Assembly: GCA_964016885.1 (NCBI GenBank)
Contig: OZ024741.1
Span: 193,750,001-193,814,000, forward strand
Source: Eledone cirrhosa
Taxonomy: Eukaryota
DNA length: 64,000 nt
Reading direction: 5' to 3'
Positions 40,100-53,869 of this stretch are shown piece by piece. Both the position numbers and the translations under genes were made by a program. Every line of letters begins with the position of its first letter. The first letter of the stretch is position 1. A model generated the notes under the pieces. It searched no databases. It had not been told where the DNA came from and was given only the letters and a program-made list of their open reading frames with translations.

Positions 40100-41720
40100 C
40101 TTCTTCTTCTTCATCTTCTTTGCCCACTTATTCCTGAGAGGGTTGTGGGCGCAGAATCAACAAGCTCCAATTGATCTGGCTGGATTCCGAATGGTGACCA
40201 GCCAAGTTCATGGATGTTATCCAACCATCTTGCTCGGGGTTTACCCCTGGGACTCCTTCTGATCAGTTTTGCCCATAAAATCTGTCCAGCGTGTCTGTCC
40301 TGAAACAATCTAGCCACATGCCCACAATATTGGAGCTGTGATCTCTCAGTTCGGAGAAGTAGGGGCTCTACCTGGAGTGACTCTCTGATCTCCAAGTTAC
40401 GCACTTTATCAAGTAACATTACTCCAAAGACCCTTCGGAGGAATCCATTTTGGCTGCTTGTATTTGCAATCGTATTCTTTTGGAATTACCCAAGTTTTGT
40501 GACCATAGGTAAGGGTTGGCATGAATACTGAATTGAAGATAGTGAGTTTGGTTTTTACACCTACCTCCCTTCTTCTGATTACTGAATCCTGAAGCTGGTG
40601 CATTACTGTACCAGCTTTTGCAATTCTTGCACTTAATTCAGCCTCATACCTTCCATCACCTGCTTCAGTGAAACTCCATTTTCATGTAGAGTGCACTGCA
40701 CAGGCTTCCTTGAGAAGACGAGTGTCTCAGTTTTCGCAGCACTGATTTTCATTCCAGCCAAGCAACACTCGGCATCAAACTTATCAAGTGCAAGTCGAAG
40801 ATCATCTTCTGTCAAGTCAAGTAACACCATGTCATCTGCAAATTCCAGTCAACTGATTTTACACCTGCCAATCATGATACCACTTCTAACCCGGCTGCAC
40901 GTGTCAATCCTGTTTATGTAAATAATGAACAGGTGAAGTGACAGTATGTACACTTGGCAGAGTCCAACTCCCACATTGAATGGTTTTGATTTAGCACCAT
41001 TTATCTGAACACAAATACCAGAAGTAATACTCGAGCATTCGTATAGAGCCATCAGAGCAACAAGAAGCTGAACATCAATCCCAAACTCCTGCACAACCTT
41101 CCACAGCAAGTCCTGAGGAACGCGGTCATATTGGGTTTTTTTAGGTCAACAGAACAAGAATATACTTCTTGGCAATACTCTCACAATTTCTCAAAGACCT
41201 ACTGCAGTGTGAATATTTGGTCGACTATGCTGAGTCCAGAGCAAAAACCACACTGTTCATCAGCTAGCTTGGACTCAACAATCTCCCTGCATCTCTTTGC
41301 CAGACACTTAGCATATACTTTACTGGGAAGGCTTAACAAGGAGATCCCACTGTAATTGGAACAATCTCCCTTGTCCTCCTTTTTGAAAATTGGGATTATA
41401 ACCTCTGATAGCCATTGCTTAGGTGCCTTTCAAGAGATCCAGGCCTCTTGGCACACACGAGTCAGCCAGAGAATACCGTCTCTATTTTAGGCTTTTAACA
41501 TCTCAGGCCGGGTTTCGTCTTCTCCAACTGTTTTGTCACATTTGAGCTCTTTAACTGTTCTTGTGACCTCAGCTTCTGAAAGATTAGTCACCTCTCCAAG
41601 ATACACCTCATGTATATCTGAAGATGCTGTTGTGATTGGGTTTAGAAGATCAGCAAATCATTCTCTTCACCTCGCAAGGATGCACTTCTCTGAAGAGAGG
41701 AGAACTCCAGATGCACTGTA
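40100..41720 (-). mobile_element. Decayed RTE LINE, second family, RT to 3' end
   Basis: GISLLSLPSKVYA, PFNVGVGL.Q..ILSL.LFII, FADD, and RGKPRARWLD motifs with a (GAA)n tail. Confidence 0.85.
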
Positions 41721-43088
41721 TGAGCAAGACACAGTCATCTGGCACAATGGAAATACTTGTCTAACCCATGCTAGCATGGCGAAATGGATGTTAAATGATG
41801 ATTATGATTATATGCGTGTTTGTTTGTTTGTGTCTCTGCATGTATGTATGCATATGATTGTATGTGTATACATATATATCTGTAATATTTTGGTGTAGAT
41901 TAAACTGGTTATACAGTCTACAATGACTGGCTTTGAGCTTTAGATGTCATAATAAGATTGAATAGCAACAACTAAATATAGCATATAACCAATGTAATGT
42001 AATCAATACACCATATAATCAATATAAAGTAATCAATATATGATACAATTTCAAATGGAGGGCAGAGTGACTTAGTGAATTTTATTGTTAAAATTCTCTT
42101 TCTGGATTTTAGAGCAGATACTATTGTAGACAACTGAATACAAGGAGTAGACAAATGTATACTCTAATAAAGTATGGTAGAAAAGTGTTTGTAGTTTGGT
42201 GTTCATTATTGTAGTGTGGTAAACATGTAGTTTAGTAGAGATGTCGGTAATTTGGTAGAAAAGCATGTGTGTATAATTTGGTAGATATGAATGTAGTTTG
42301 GTATACAGGTGTTTAGTTTGGTAGATATTTGTTTAATTTAGTAGACATATGTGTTGTTTGCTGAATATGTGTGTAGTATGGCAGATGTGTAGTTTGGTAG
42401 AAAAATGTGTGTAGCTTGGTAGATATGTGTGTTTGGTAATGTGGACAATGCAGTGGTGAGTGAATCTGAAGTGGGCAGTAAAGTGAGAAAATTCCAGAAA
42501 TGTTTCAATCTTATTAGACCTCATCAATGAAGTATAGTCACTATCAGGATTACCAGACAAAGATCATTATCATCATCATCATCATCATCATCATACTCAT
42601 ACTCATCATCATCATCATCACTGTTTAACATCTATTTCCATGATTGCATGGGTTAGACAACTGTCTCGTGCTGAGGCCAGACTAGTCAAGTGACTAAGTC
42701 ATGCTGATACGCTTTGTTTTGACTATGTTTCTATGGCTGGATGCCCTCCCTAACACAAGAGATATATAGAAATTGTTTTGTGAAAAAAGTATGACATAGT
42801 AGTATGCACCACATCAAAAATTGAAGTATTTACACTAATTCTGCGCATGTTTGCAATACTCTATCCACTAGTAAAGATATTATAAACAGCTGAAATAAGA
42901 AACTTGTTTTTAAATATTTTCTACTAAATCTTTATAGGATGTTAAGAGTTAATATAAGTGTATGCATGTGTGTGTGTAAGAAGAAACCCAGCACCACAGA
43001 CCTAATGAAATATCAACAATGCCAAGTGGTGTTTCTTGCTTTAATATAACTCACACCTTTATAAACTGAACACTCAGATAAGATTACA

Positions 43089-43125
<37 letters not shown>

Positions 43126-43352
43126 TATGTGTGTGTCTATGTGTGTGTGTGTGTGCATGTGTACGTATGTGTGTGTGTGTGTCTATGTGTGTGTATGTGT
43201 GTGTGTATGTGTGTGTGTGTGTGTGTGTGCATGTGTAAGTGTGTGTGTGTATGTATGTGTGTGTATGTGTGTGTGGGTGTGTGTGTGTCTATGTGTGTGT
43301 GTGTGTGTGTGAGTGTGCATGTACAAGAGAAAGTACAGTACCACACACCTAC

Positions 43353-43385
43353 TGGAATATCAACAATATCAAGTAAAGTAGTGTT
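43353..43385 (-). CDS. Candidate 33-nt internal exon of the hypothetical small-ORF gene
   Basis: Acceptor tttattttatcag and donor CA|gtaggt. Phase 2 reading is (I)TLLYLILLIF. Confidence 0.35.
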
Positions 43386-44041
43386 CTGATAAAATAAACC
43401 AGCTGAGCATAGATGAAACAAACAAAAGTGAAAAGACTCTGATAGCAAAGAACCGATCAACCCTATCATCCCCATCACCATTGTTGCCACTATCACTATC
43501 ATCACAATTATGACTATCGTTATTACCACCACCACCACCACTACTACCACCACTACTACTACTACTACTACTACTCCTACTACTACTACTACTACTGTTT
43601 ATAATCTTCCATAACTATAATAAAAACTTTGTCTATAGTAATCATCAGAGGGATACCAGAAGTATCCCTCTACTATAGGAGAAGACTTTTCAGTTGTGTC
43701 AAGGGTATGACAACTTGTACAGTGGTTGGTGATAGTAAGGGCAATCAGCCATTGAAAACTCGCCAAACAAAGGGTCAAGTATTTTCCCAAATCTGTCTCA
43801 ATGTTAAAATAATCATTGGTTGTTCCTAGATGTATATAATCCACATTGGGACCCAAGTTGTTAATCTCCTCATGGTGGGCCCTGGAAACTGATCCCTGAT
43901 CTCAATCAGGCGAATGACAACAGTATGAGACAGCAACAGTCTCATATGCAAAAAAAAAGAAGAACCCACATTGGCTTTCAGAAGGATTCTCTCAGATATA
44001 TTTGCAGTTGACTGAGAAGTTTTTACAAGAATTTTCCTTAG

Positions 44042-44195
44042 AGTGCTGCCTAAGGTTTCAAGGCCCAATATTCATCATATCTCCAGAATGTCTGAGGGAT
44101 CAAAATTGTAACCTATCTTCAGGCACTTATAGGAAGTCACAATTTTGATCCCTCTTACATTCTGGATATACAGCCTTGAAACCCAACTGAGCACT
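44042..44195. repeat. Imperfect foldback, about 150 bp
   Basis: Nested pairs ggtttcaaggc/gccttgaaacc, tccagaatgt/acattctgga and gagggatcaaaattgt/acaattttgatccctc. Confidence 0.8.
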
Positions 44196-44227
44196 ATTTT
44201 CCTTTTTCACACCTACGGATATTGCTA

Positions 44228-44545
44228 TCATCATCATCATCATCACCATTTTACATCCGTTCTTCCATGCTAGCACGCGTTAGACGGGTTGTCCTGTTAT
44301 GGGCAGTGTCTGGTCGGCTGACCATGCCTTGCTCATACAGGAACTGATTTTGGCTTGATTTCTTCAGCTGGATGCCCTTCCTAACACCAACCTCATTTAC
44401 AGTGAGTGCTGGGTGCTTTTTTTCCGTGGTACCTACATGTCCACTTTACAGTGTGGGCTGGGTGCTTTTTTGCCGTGGCACCTCCACGACCACTTTGCAG
44501 TGGGAGGGTGTGGGGGCATATTGTCTATATGCTTCAGCTTGTACC
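44228..44545 (-). mobile_element. RTE 3' UTR
   Basis: Closely matches 51237-51555 and the reverse complement of 30860-31185. Confidence 0.85.
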
Positions 44546-44575
44546 CATATATATATATACATACACACATATATA

Positions 44576-44658
<83 letters not shown>

Positions 44659-45251
44659 ATGCATGTGTGGCTCTCATTAATCCCTAAATTAGTTGTAGAA
44701 TATTCTTACTGAATAAAGGCTTTGATTGGAATAATTAAGATGTAGTTTATGTGTTTAGTTACCTTATATACAGTAGTGATAGTGGTGTTAGTGGTAATGG
44801 TGGTAGTGCTTGTACATGTGGTGTTGGTAATGGTAGTAATCATAGTGATTATGATGTTAGTGATAGTAATTTAGTTACAACAGTAGATGTATATTTCGGT
44901 AATACAACAATAAAAAGCCCATAAAAGAAACATACTGTTACAAAATTTTCCTTTGTTATTACATAAATTCTAGTGATTTAATAAAAAAAAAAAAAACCTA
45001 CATAGAACTTTTGATGTTACATTAGAAAAGAGGAACCTTAAAGAGCTACTAGTGCTACAAGAAAAATAGCAATGCCAAATTCTTACAAATTCTTACAAAC
45101 AACTTATTGAGGAAGTTATGTAAATGTGTACATAATATTATGTTGTCTATTTAGATTGCTGAAATGCCAAATCTGAACGCAATCATTTTTCAGAGAAGAG
45201 CACTAAATTGTCCAATTAGCATGTCAGAACAAGCCAAAAAAATTTACTCAC

Positions 45252-45298
45252 ATCTCATAAAAATATAAAATAATTTCTTTCAAGTTTGTGGTAGCCAT
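45252..45298 (-). CDS. Candidate first coding exon of the hypothetical small-ORF gene
   Basis: aaaATGG start context, MATTNLKEIILYFYE plus AT, then donor gtgagt. The other two frames contain stops. Confidence 0.35.
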
Positions 45299-45317
45299 TT
45301 TAATTTTCAGGTTTGTT

Positions 45318-45357
<40 letters not shown>

Positions 45358-45889
45358 GGAGAGAATTCCACAAAACCCTAGAGAATGAGCAGATCCAAGT
45401 AATTTAATTCTTCCAGCATCTCAAACTTTTCAGATAAATCGAGGTAAAAAACAACCACAAATTCTTCCTTCTTGGCTTCATTCCAAGAAATATTTTGCAT
45501 AGAGAGGCATTATTATTGTAATTGTATACAGGCTGTTTAAACCCAGCTCAGGCTTGATCTAAGAGACCTATGATCAAAGTCATTCTTACCATGACCATCC
45601 TGTTATTTCCCTATGAGCAAGGAACCCAGGACCTCATGCTCTTTTCTGAAACAGTAGAGTGGAATTTAGAGATTTGGTTGCTATATCTAGATGGTTGAGC
45701 AACTGTGTAGAGTTTCCTTTGATTGCTAGTAATTGTATGCATGTATTACCAAGCCATCAGAAGCCAAACAAAGGAATCTCTGTGTGGTTGTTCAATCTTC
45801 TAGAAATAGCAACTAAATCTCCTCCAAGAAGGACACATTAGGTAATGCAGTCCTACATACACTTAAAAAAAACAAATAAGATAATCATA

Positions 45890-46745
45890 GAGATAATACC
45901 GTTGTTGGCCACAAAAGTTTTCTCTCTAAAAATGAAAGGCAGATTGTATGATGCTTGTATACGAACAGTAATGTTACATGGCAGTGAGACCTGGGCATTG
46001 TGAGCAGAGGACCTGCACAGATTGGAAAGGAATGATGCTTGCATGCTCTGATGGATGTGTAATAGTAATATATATGAACGGCAAAGCATAAACAAACTAA
46101 GTGAGAAATTAGGAATAAGAGGGATCAGATGCTGTTTATTTGTGAGGAGATGATGTTGGTATGGTCATGTGATGCGCATGAAAGACAGCAGCTGTATAAA
46201 AATGTGCAGGGGGATCAAAATTGATGGAAGTTACAGAGTAGGTAGACCCAGAAAAACCTTGGACAATATAATAATATCTGACCTTGCACACTTACACCTC
46301 TCTAAGACAATGTCAATGGATCGAGACCTTTGGCGCTACGCAGTAATACAGAAGACCCGCCTTCCCGTACATACAAAGTTAACCAAATATACACCCCAAC
46401 GCACTCCCCCTACTCCATCCTACCACTTCCACCCACACCACCCTTTCTCTGTAAAGTTATGTTGGTACCACAGGACATCTAGTCCACACTAAAGAGGTTG
46501 TGTAGGTGTCACAACAAAAAGAAGCCAGTCCACGCTGTAAAGTGGTCATATAGGAGACACAGTAAAAAGGCTCCCAGTCCTCACTGTAAATGTGGTTAGG
46601 AAGGGCATCCAGCTGTAGAAAACCTGCCAGATACAGTCCTATATGAGTGAGACACAGTCACCCGATCCATCTTGCCTTAAGTGGGACAATTCCCATCTAA
46701 CCCATGCTAGTGTGGAAGATAGACGTTAAATGATGATGATGATAC
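45890..46745 (+). mobile_element. 5'-truncated RTE LINE
   Basis: KGRLYDACIRTVMLHGSETW...GRPRKT, UTR and (GAT)n tail. Confidence 0.85.
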
Positions 46746-47091
46746 CTGCAATACCTTTGATCACAGATCTACTCATTCAGAGTTGGCATGGGGGTTAAAA
46801 ATCAATGACAACAACAAAAACCATGCCACCACAAAATTTGGAGATGCAACATACTATTCTGTGTTTCAGAAGAACTCAGTAGTGAAAGTTGGTCTCAACA
46901 GGCATTGTACTTCCTTTCTACCCATCTTAAATGCCCTGAAAAGGGTCATATGCACTGTTCCTCCTTTCCTGGATAAACAGTAAAAAATAAAAAACAACAA
47001 AAAAAGAACAGCCAGAAAAGAAAAACAGAAAGAAAATGAACAATTGAGTTATACGGGAAGAGTATCAGCTAGAGAAAGATAGATAGATAGT

Positions 47092-47155
<64 letters not shown>

Positions 47156-47477
47156 GAGGGGGTAAATGAATAAAAATAAAGTTAGGAGATTGTATGAAAA
47201 CAAAGTACAGGGGGGTATAGGGAAGAATGTGAAGATAAGCACCAGGTAACTGTGTGCTGGTGAGCAAGAGGTATATGCTTGGATATAATATTACACTATC
47301 ACACATTAACGTTTTTTGCAATCCAAATTCAACTTGATTCAGAGTATTATATTCACAAGAACGCTGGATTTCAATATCTTCCTTTAATGTTGTACATAAT
47401 ACATATTTCTGTGGCTGGTTTTACCTGATGAAAGAGAATCGGTGATGTCATCAGATGTAATGAACATAGCAGCCTCC

Positions 47478-47525
<48 letters not shown>

Positions 47526-49232
47526 TACAAAGAGTGGTGTGCTCATGTGCGGAAAGGCTATAAAATAGCTTAAAAAATAGGGTGAAGAGCTCCAAAGATG
47601 GAAAAAAGGAGTTGCCATCAGCCTCATTTACAGTGTGAACTGGGCACTGTTTGCCATGGCACCAAAATGACCACTTTACAGTGTGGGCTGGGTGCTTCTT
47701 ATTGTGGCACCAAAAACATTCAGTTTACAGTGTGGACTGGGCACTTTTGTTGTGTCACCAGAATGACTCCTTTACGGTGAGGACTGGATGTTTTTGTCAT
47801 GTCACTATCATGACCACCTTGCAGAGAGGGTTATGTGTTCTTTTGTCATGACACCAACATGAACATTCATGGTGAACTAGTGGCTTTTATTGTGTCACAA
47901 GCATGACCACCTTACAGGGTGGTTTGAGAGCTTTTAGCCATTTCAGCAGCATTGTGGGAGAGCGTGTTCAGCTCTCCATACTTGTATATATGGGTTGGTC
48001 AAGAGAGGTGCATTAGATGTGGAAAGCCGGGGTGGAGGTGCATATATGTAGGGTGGGGTACTTAGCTGGGGAGGAGTGGAGTGATTAAGACATCGGAAGA
48101 GTTTGGAAAGGAGAGGAGGCATGGTGCACACTAGAGGCAACTAGATGTGTCTTTATTTTATGCATATGGGAAGGCGGATCTTCTGCAGTACTGCATAATG
48201 CCAGAAATAACGACCCTGTTTCATCACCTTTGGGAGGTGCAGTTATGTGAGGTCAGTTTTTAACACCTCATCCCCCAAAATCCTAGGTCTTCCTCTTCCA
48301 TAGCTACCATCAACTTTGAGCACCCTGCAAATATATATATATATATCATAAAGTGATGTAGTGCCCTTCATCCTTTTCGGGGCTTCTGCGACTTGTAGGA
48401 GGAAGAGATGTAGTTATCCTAGCCTGAATGTTTGCAACAAAGTAAACTGTGCTGAGGGTATCCAAGGTGATGAGTTGGCAGTTGTTAAAGTGCAGAACAA
48501 AATGCCATGCAATATTTTGTTCTGGCTTTCTGTGTTCTGAGTTCAAATTCCACTATAGTCTACTTTGGTTATAGATTTAAACTGCTGCCTGGTTTAACAC
48601 CAACACCTGGTCTTTGGGTGTCTTGAGCAGATTTCACTGTGTTGCAAGCAAGTCTCTGGTACAGGATATCATCCTCTCTCCAACCAGTTTTGGGGGACTT
48701 GAAAAGCATAATGAGCACTGCTCTTCTCTCCCTGACTTAAACAGTAAGAAAAAAAAGAAATCAATAAAAAACGAAAAAGAAAAAAATGGTGGTGTTAAAG
48801 CAAGTAATGGATTAAGTCTCCCACTGAATTATATAAACCCATTTAGAAATGTCTTTTGTGTAATATGTGTGCTTGAATAAACTCAATGGCAGACATCCAA
48901 TATATAAACAGAAATATAGACCCTTATACAGGCTTTATTACTACTAGCATTAACATGGCCACTAACACCACCAATATCCTAACTCCATCAATGCCATCCA
49001 ACCAACGCAGAAGTCTCTAAGTAGTCATTGAACTTGCTTAAAATAGCAGCTGAATTCTTCAACAGTAACAGATTTTAAAATGGTCATATTGGATAATAGA
49101 ATCATGCATGATGATCAAGATTGAAATGACTTTGATCTTGTATCAGTTGGTTCAATCATCTGAAATCAGGAAGGACACATGAACTAGCAAAGAAGAAATT
49201 ACACCCAAATCTTCCTCAGATATTTACATTAA

Positions 49233-49789
49233 TGTTGTAGCGGAGCTATTTTCATGGCATGTAACTATAATTTATCCATGCGTGATTTGGTTAATGTAGA
49301 CCAATCGTAAGTCGCACATGGATATTAACTATTTCCGCTCAGCTCAAAGATTTTCCCGCGTTTTGTTTTCACTAACCAGTTGCTGCTTTGACATGAAAAG
49401 GTAAACATCATTTTTCTTGCCATTTGACCACTAGCCAATATGTAATGACAACAATTCAATTTCAGCCTGACCGGCCACATTTCGGCCAGCGACTGTGCCT
49501 GTCTTTGCTTATAACATTTGATTTGTTTGTTTTCATTATTTGGCATGCCAGCACAACTTTTGTAACTATAATTCAGTTTGTAAATAAATTATGTAAAAAC
49601 ATTGTTAGGTGTTATAATACTTTTACCACAGCCATCGCCTCAGACGTAATAGGGGAAAAATCCTTTTCCCAAGGTTATTATCACAACAACAGCTTTATAC
49701 TTTTTTCGTGGCTACAAAACTTACAACTGAACTTCAACTTCTATGTTACATTCATTTTTACTATAAACAACATTCACTTTCGGCTAACA
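49233..49789. mobile_element. Solo LTR, diverged inverted paralogue of 9672-10466
   Basis: Termini tgttgtagc...gctaaca. Shared blocks include tagccaatatgtaa, ttggcatgccagc and gtttgtaaataaattatg. Confidence 0.65.
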
Positions 49790-49919
49790 TTGCCTCACAC
49801 TTAACAAAACGTTACATTTCTTGAAACTTCAATTCCTCATGTGCTACTATCACCAAGTAGTAATATTCCTTCTTATCTGATTTGATGAACAACTACTTTA
49901 AAGAGTAGACTATATACTA

Positions 49920-50800
49920 TTACACATCCATCAAAGCATGGAAGCTTCATTTCTTTCCAGTCTTTGCAGGTCCTCTGAACACGGCGCCCAGGTCTCACTA
50001 ACATGTAACATTGCTGTTTGTATACATGTATCATACAATGTGCCCTTCATTTTGAGGCAACAATCTTTTGTAGTTAGCGGTGGTAATAACACCCTGAATA
50101 TTCTCCAACCCATTCTCACTCTGGCTATGGACTTTTGGAACACCCTCCTCCACTGCTAATTTGGTCAACCAGTTAACAGAAACTATCTACTACTTATACA
50201 GAGCATTCTGGCATTTGAAGGAACTTGTATCCTGTGTGCTCTTACTACTTACTGAACCTGTGTATCGGCCACATGTAAAATCTACGTTCTTTGCTAGCCT
50301 GCCTGAGATCACACTACATCTTTTGTGTACCTGCAGTTTGCATGTGGGACATTGGATGGAATTTCTACCTCCTCCTTTTCTGGATACTGACAAAGGCCAT
50401 TTGCCTGAGTGAATCTGGGCCCTTTTTAACCTTTCTACATAGTAGAACTTTGGTATTTGACAAGATAACTTTAAGACGTTTTGATTTAGGCCATGCTTCC
50501 AAGTTTGAAATTTCTTCTCTAATTCTGCCATAGATTCAGCTATACAACTTAGGTCATCTGCATACAGGAGTTCCCATGGGCATCCAGTCTTAAACTCCTA
50601 CACTGTATCCTGCAGGGTGATAATAGACAGGAGAGGACTATGAACTGAGTCCTGATGTACACCAATCTGCATACTAAATTCTTCGCTATAGTCATTGTTA
50701 ATTCTGACCTTGTTGACTGTTCCTCTATACATGGCTTGTACTGCTCTTACAAGCCATTAATCTACTCCCAATTTTCTAAGAACCCACCAGATAATGGATT
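49920..50800 (-). mobile_element. RTE RT fragment
   Basis: FKTGCPWELLYADD, VHKRCS and LERNEASML. Confidence 0.85.
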
Positions 50801-51236
50801 ATATATATAGTAGGTAGGTGTGTAATGATAGTTACAGGCAGTTCACCAGTCAGAGCACTCAATGCAGTTAGTTCCAAAGGAGAATAAATTTTGTGTATGA
50901 TGCAGCCTTGAGACTTTATTCCTGCTTGCTAATATATATATATATATATATATATATGAATAAAGTTAGTCCTTCATCAGGGATCTTCCAACCATCATTG
51001 GTATTTCATCGCTTTAAAGACCATATACCTCCGGTTGGTGCGAGCAACGGCTAAAAAAAGTCGTTGGGACACGTAAATAAAGGGGACACGAGTATATATA
51101 TATATACACCAACATCAATGCCAACTGTCAAAGACACTGCATGAACCCTAACAGACTGCCTGGTTTGAGAAGCAATTTAGTTAGTTATCTTTGAGCCACA
51201 ACACACCAGTTTCTGGATTGTTGGGAATAAGAAATA

Positions 51237-53490
51237 TCATCATCATCGCCGTTTTACATCCGTTCTTCCACACTAGCATGGGTTAGATGGGTTGTTCTGT
51301 TGTGGGCAGTAGCCGGTCGGCTGACCATGTCTTGCTCATACGGGAACTGATTCTGGCTTGATTTCTACAGCTGGATGCCCTTCCTAACACCAACCTCGTT
51401 TACAGTGAGTGCTGAGTGCTTTTTTTCAATGGTGCCTACACGTCCACTTTACAGTGTGGGCTGGGTGCTTTTTTACCATGGCACCTCCACAACCACTTTG
51501 CAGTGGGAGGGGGTGGGGGCATATTGTCTATATGCTTCAGCTTCGGCTTGTACCCGTAGGGGGTCAGGTTTTCTGTATTACTGCGTGACGTCAAAGGTGT
51601 AATTGGGTAAAGGTCGGTTGTTATCACCTCATCCCAGGTCTTCTTGGGTCTCCCCACTCCGCGGCTTCCATCAACTTCTAGTGCTCTGCACCTTTTTATG
51701 CAGCTGTCATCCTTCATACGCATCACATGTCCATACCAACGTAACCTCCTCTCCTGCACATAGCATTTGATTCCTCTTATGTTCAGTCTCTCTCAATTTG
51801 TTTATGCCTTGCTGTTCGTGTATATTACTGTTACACATCCATCGGAGCATGCAGGCTTCGTTTCTTTCTAATCTATGCAAGTTTTCTACCGACAGGACCC
51901 AGGTTCCACTACCATGTAACATTGCTGTTCAGATACACGCATCATACACTCTGCCTATCATTTTGAGGGAAAAGCCTTTTGCAGCTAGCAGTGGCACCCT
52001 GAACTTATTCCACCCTATTCTTACCCTAGTTATTGTACTTTCCGAACACCCACCTCCACTGCTAATTCGGTCACCTAGGTAGCAGAAGCTGTCTACTGTT
52101 TCTACAGAGCCCTCCCAGAGTTTGGTGGTACTTGTTTCCTGTGGCTGTTTGCTGCTTGCTGTCCCAGCGCAGCTGCTACATGTGAAGACTACATTCTTAG
52201 TTAAGCTTCCTGAGATCCCACTACATCTCTTGTGTACCCATTGTTTGCATTTGGGGCAGAGAATGGAGTTCCTACCTACACCTCTCCTACATACTGAGCA
52301 AGGCCATTTCCCCGAGGGAATCTGGGTTCTGTTTTCTCGTCTACTTACAAGGACCTTAGTCTTTGTCAGGTTGACTTTGAGACTCTTTCTTTCTAGTCCC
52401 TGCTTCCATGTTTGGAATTTCTTCTCTAGTTCTACCATAGATTCAGCTATAAGTGCGAGGTCATCTGCATACAGGAGTTCCCATGGGCATCCAGTCTTAA
52501 ACTCCTCGGTTATTGCCTGCAAAACTATGATGAACAGGAGAGGGCTAAGAACAGAGCCCCTGTAGACACCGACTTGTATGTTAAATTCCTTGCTATAGTC
52601 ATTGCTAATCCTAACTTTGCTAACTGCTCCCCTATACATGGCTTGTACAGCTTTCACAAGCCATTCATCTACTCCTAGTTTTCTAAGAGCCCACCAGATT
52701 GTAGCACGGAGAACTCTGTCAAAGGCTTTCTCCAGATCGACGAATGCCAGGTAGAGCAGCTTACTTTTAGCTAGGTACTTTTCCTGTTCTGCCTCACTAG
52801 GAAGAAGGCATCATCCGGTCCCTAATCAACTGTGCTATAACTCTTTCTGTTACTTTCATGACCTGGTCCCTCATCTTTACACCTCTATAGTTTCCTTTAT
52901 CTAGTGCATCTATCTTGTAGCAGTTGACAATGATGCTGCTGCACCAATCCTTTGGTATGACACCTTCTAGTATTACCTGGTTAACAATACGTGTGGTTAT
53001 GGTGTGACCTACCAACCCAGATGTGTTTAGCATCTCGGCAGCTATACCCGATGAACCAGTTGCCTTCCCCATTTTCATATCTTTGATTGCCTTACTTACT
53101 ACGCCTCTGCTGACTTGTACTGCTGCTCCCTCTATAGGGTCTAATTGGGGTAGCATCTCTTCTTCCCATGCATTCTCCTCATTTAGTAATCTTTTATAAT
53201 GGCTCTTCCACGCATCTTTCTTCTTGTGAGGGCAAGCTCACCTTTATCATTCCGGATACACTTCTCTCCAATGACATCACAATTCTCTCTGACACACTGC
53301 CTCACAATCTTGAACACCTCCTGTTTCTGGTCCTCACGTTGCCAGACATGCTTGAATTTTCTATCCTCTGCTTCCCTCCTAGCTAAGTATACTTGTCGCC
53401 AGCTTCCCTCTTGGTCTCTATGTAATGTACCCTGCTTCCCTCGTTCTTCCATTCTTTCCATGCCTGTCTCTTAGCCTTAACTGCCTCATC
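51237..53490 (-). mobile_element. 5'-truncated RTE LINE (RT, Cys/His insert, 3' UTR)
   Basis: 242-aa ORF with GSVLSPLLF, LLYADD and WPCSVC...CPKC..WVHKRC...CSSC. (GAT)n tail. Confidence 0.92.
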
Positions 53491-53869
53491 TACCTATCAT
53501 CTACCTATCATCTACCTATCATCTAAATATGACAAAGATAATACTGTAATGAAGTTTACTCAACACTATCACTAACAATACAAACACTGACACCAATACC
53601 ATCTTCATTGCCATTAATACCAAGAACACGCCACTACTGTCAGCTCTATAATTACTAAAATCTATAAATAAAACACAAAACTTATGCGCACACATACAAG
53701 CAGATTTCTCAGATATAATATGATATAATATCAAATATAATATATATATATATACATATATATGTATGTGTGTGTCTATGTATGTATGCTTGTATATATA
53801 TATATATATAGTTATGTGTGTGTATATGTATGTATGCATGTATGTATGTATGTATATATATATCATTAT

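Noticed and set aside
38954-40114. 386-aa (minus) and 309-aa (plus) Cys/His-rich ORFs resembling zinc-finger arrays
   Set aside because: They are translations of a 48-bp minisatellite from an RTE UTR. The 16-aa period lacks CxxC-x12-HxxxH spacing and TGEKP linkers.
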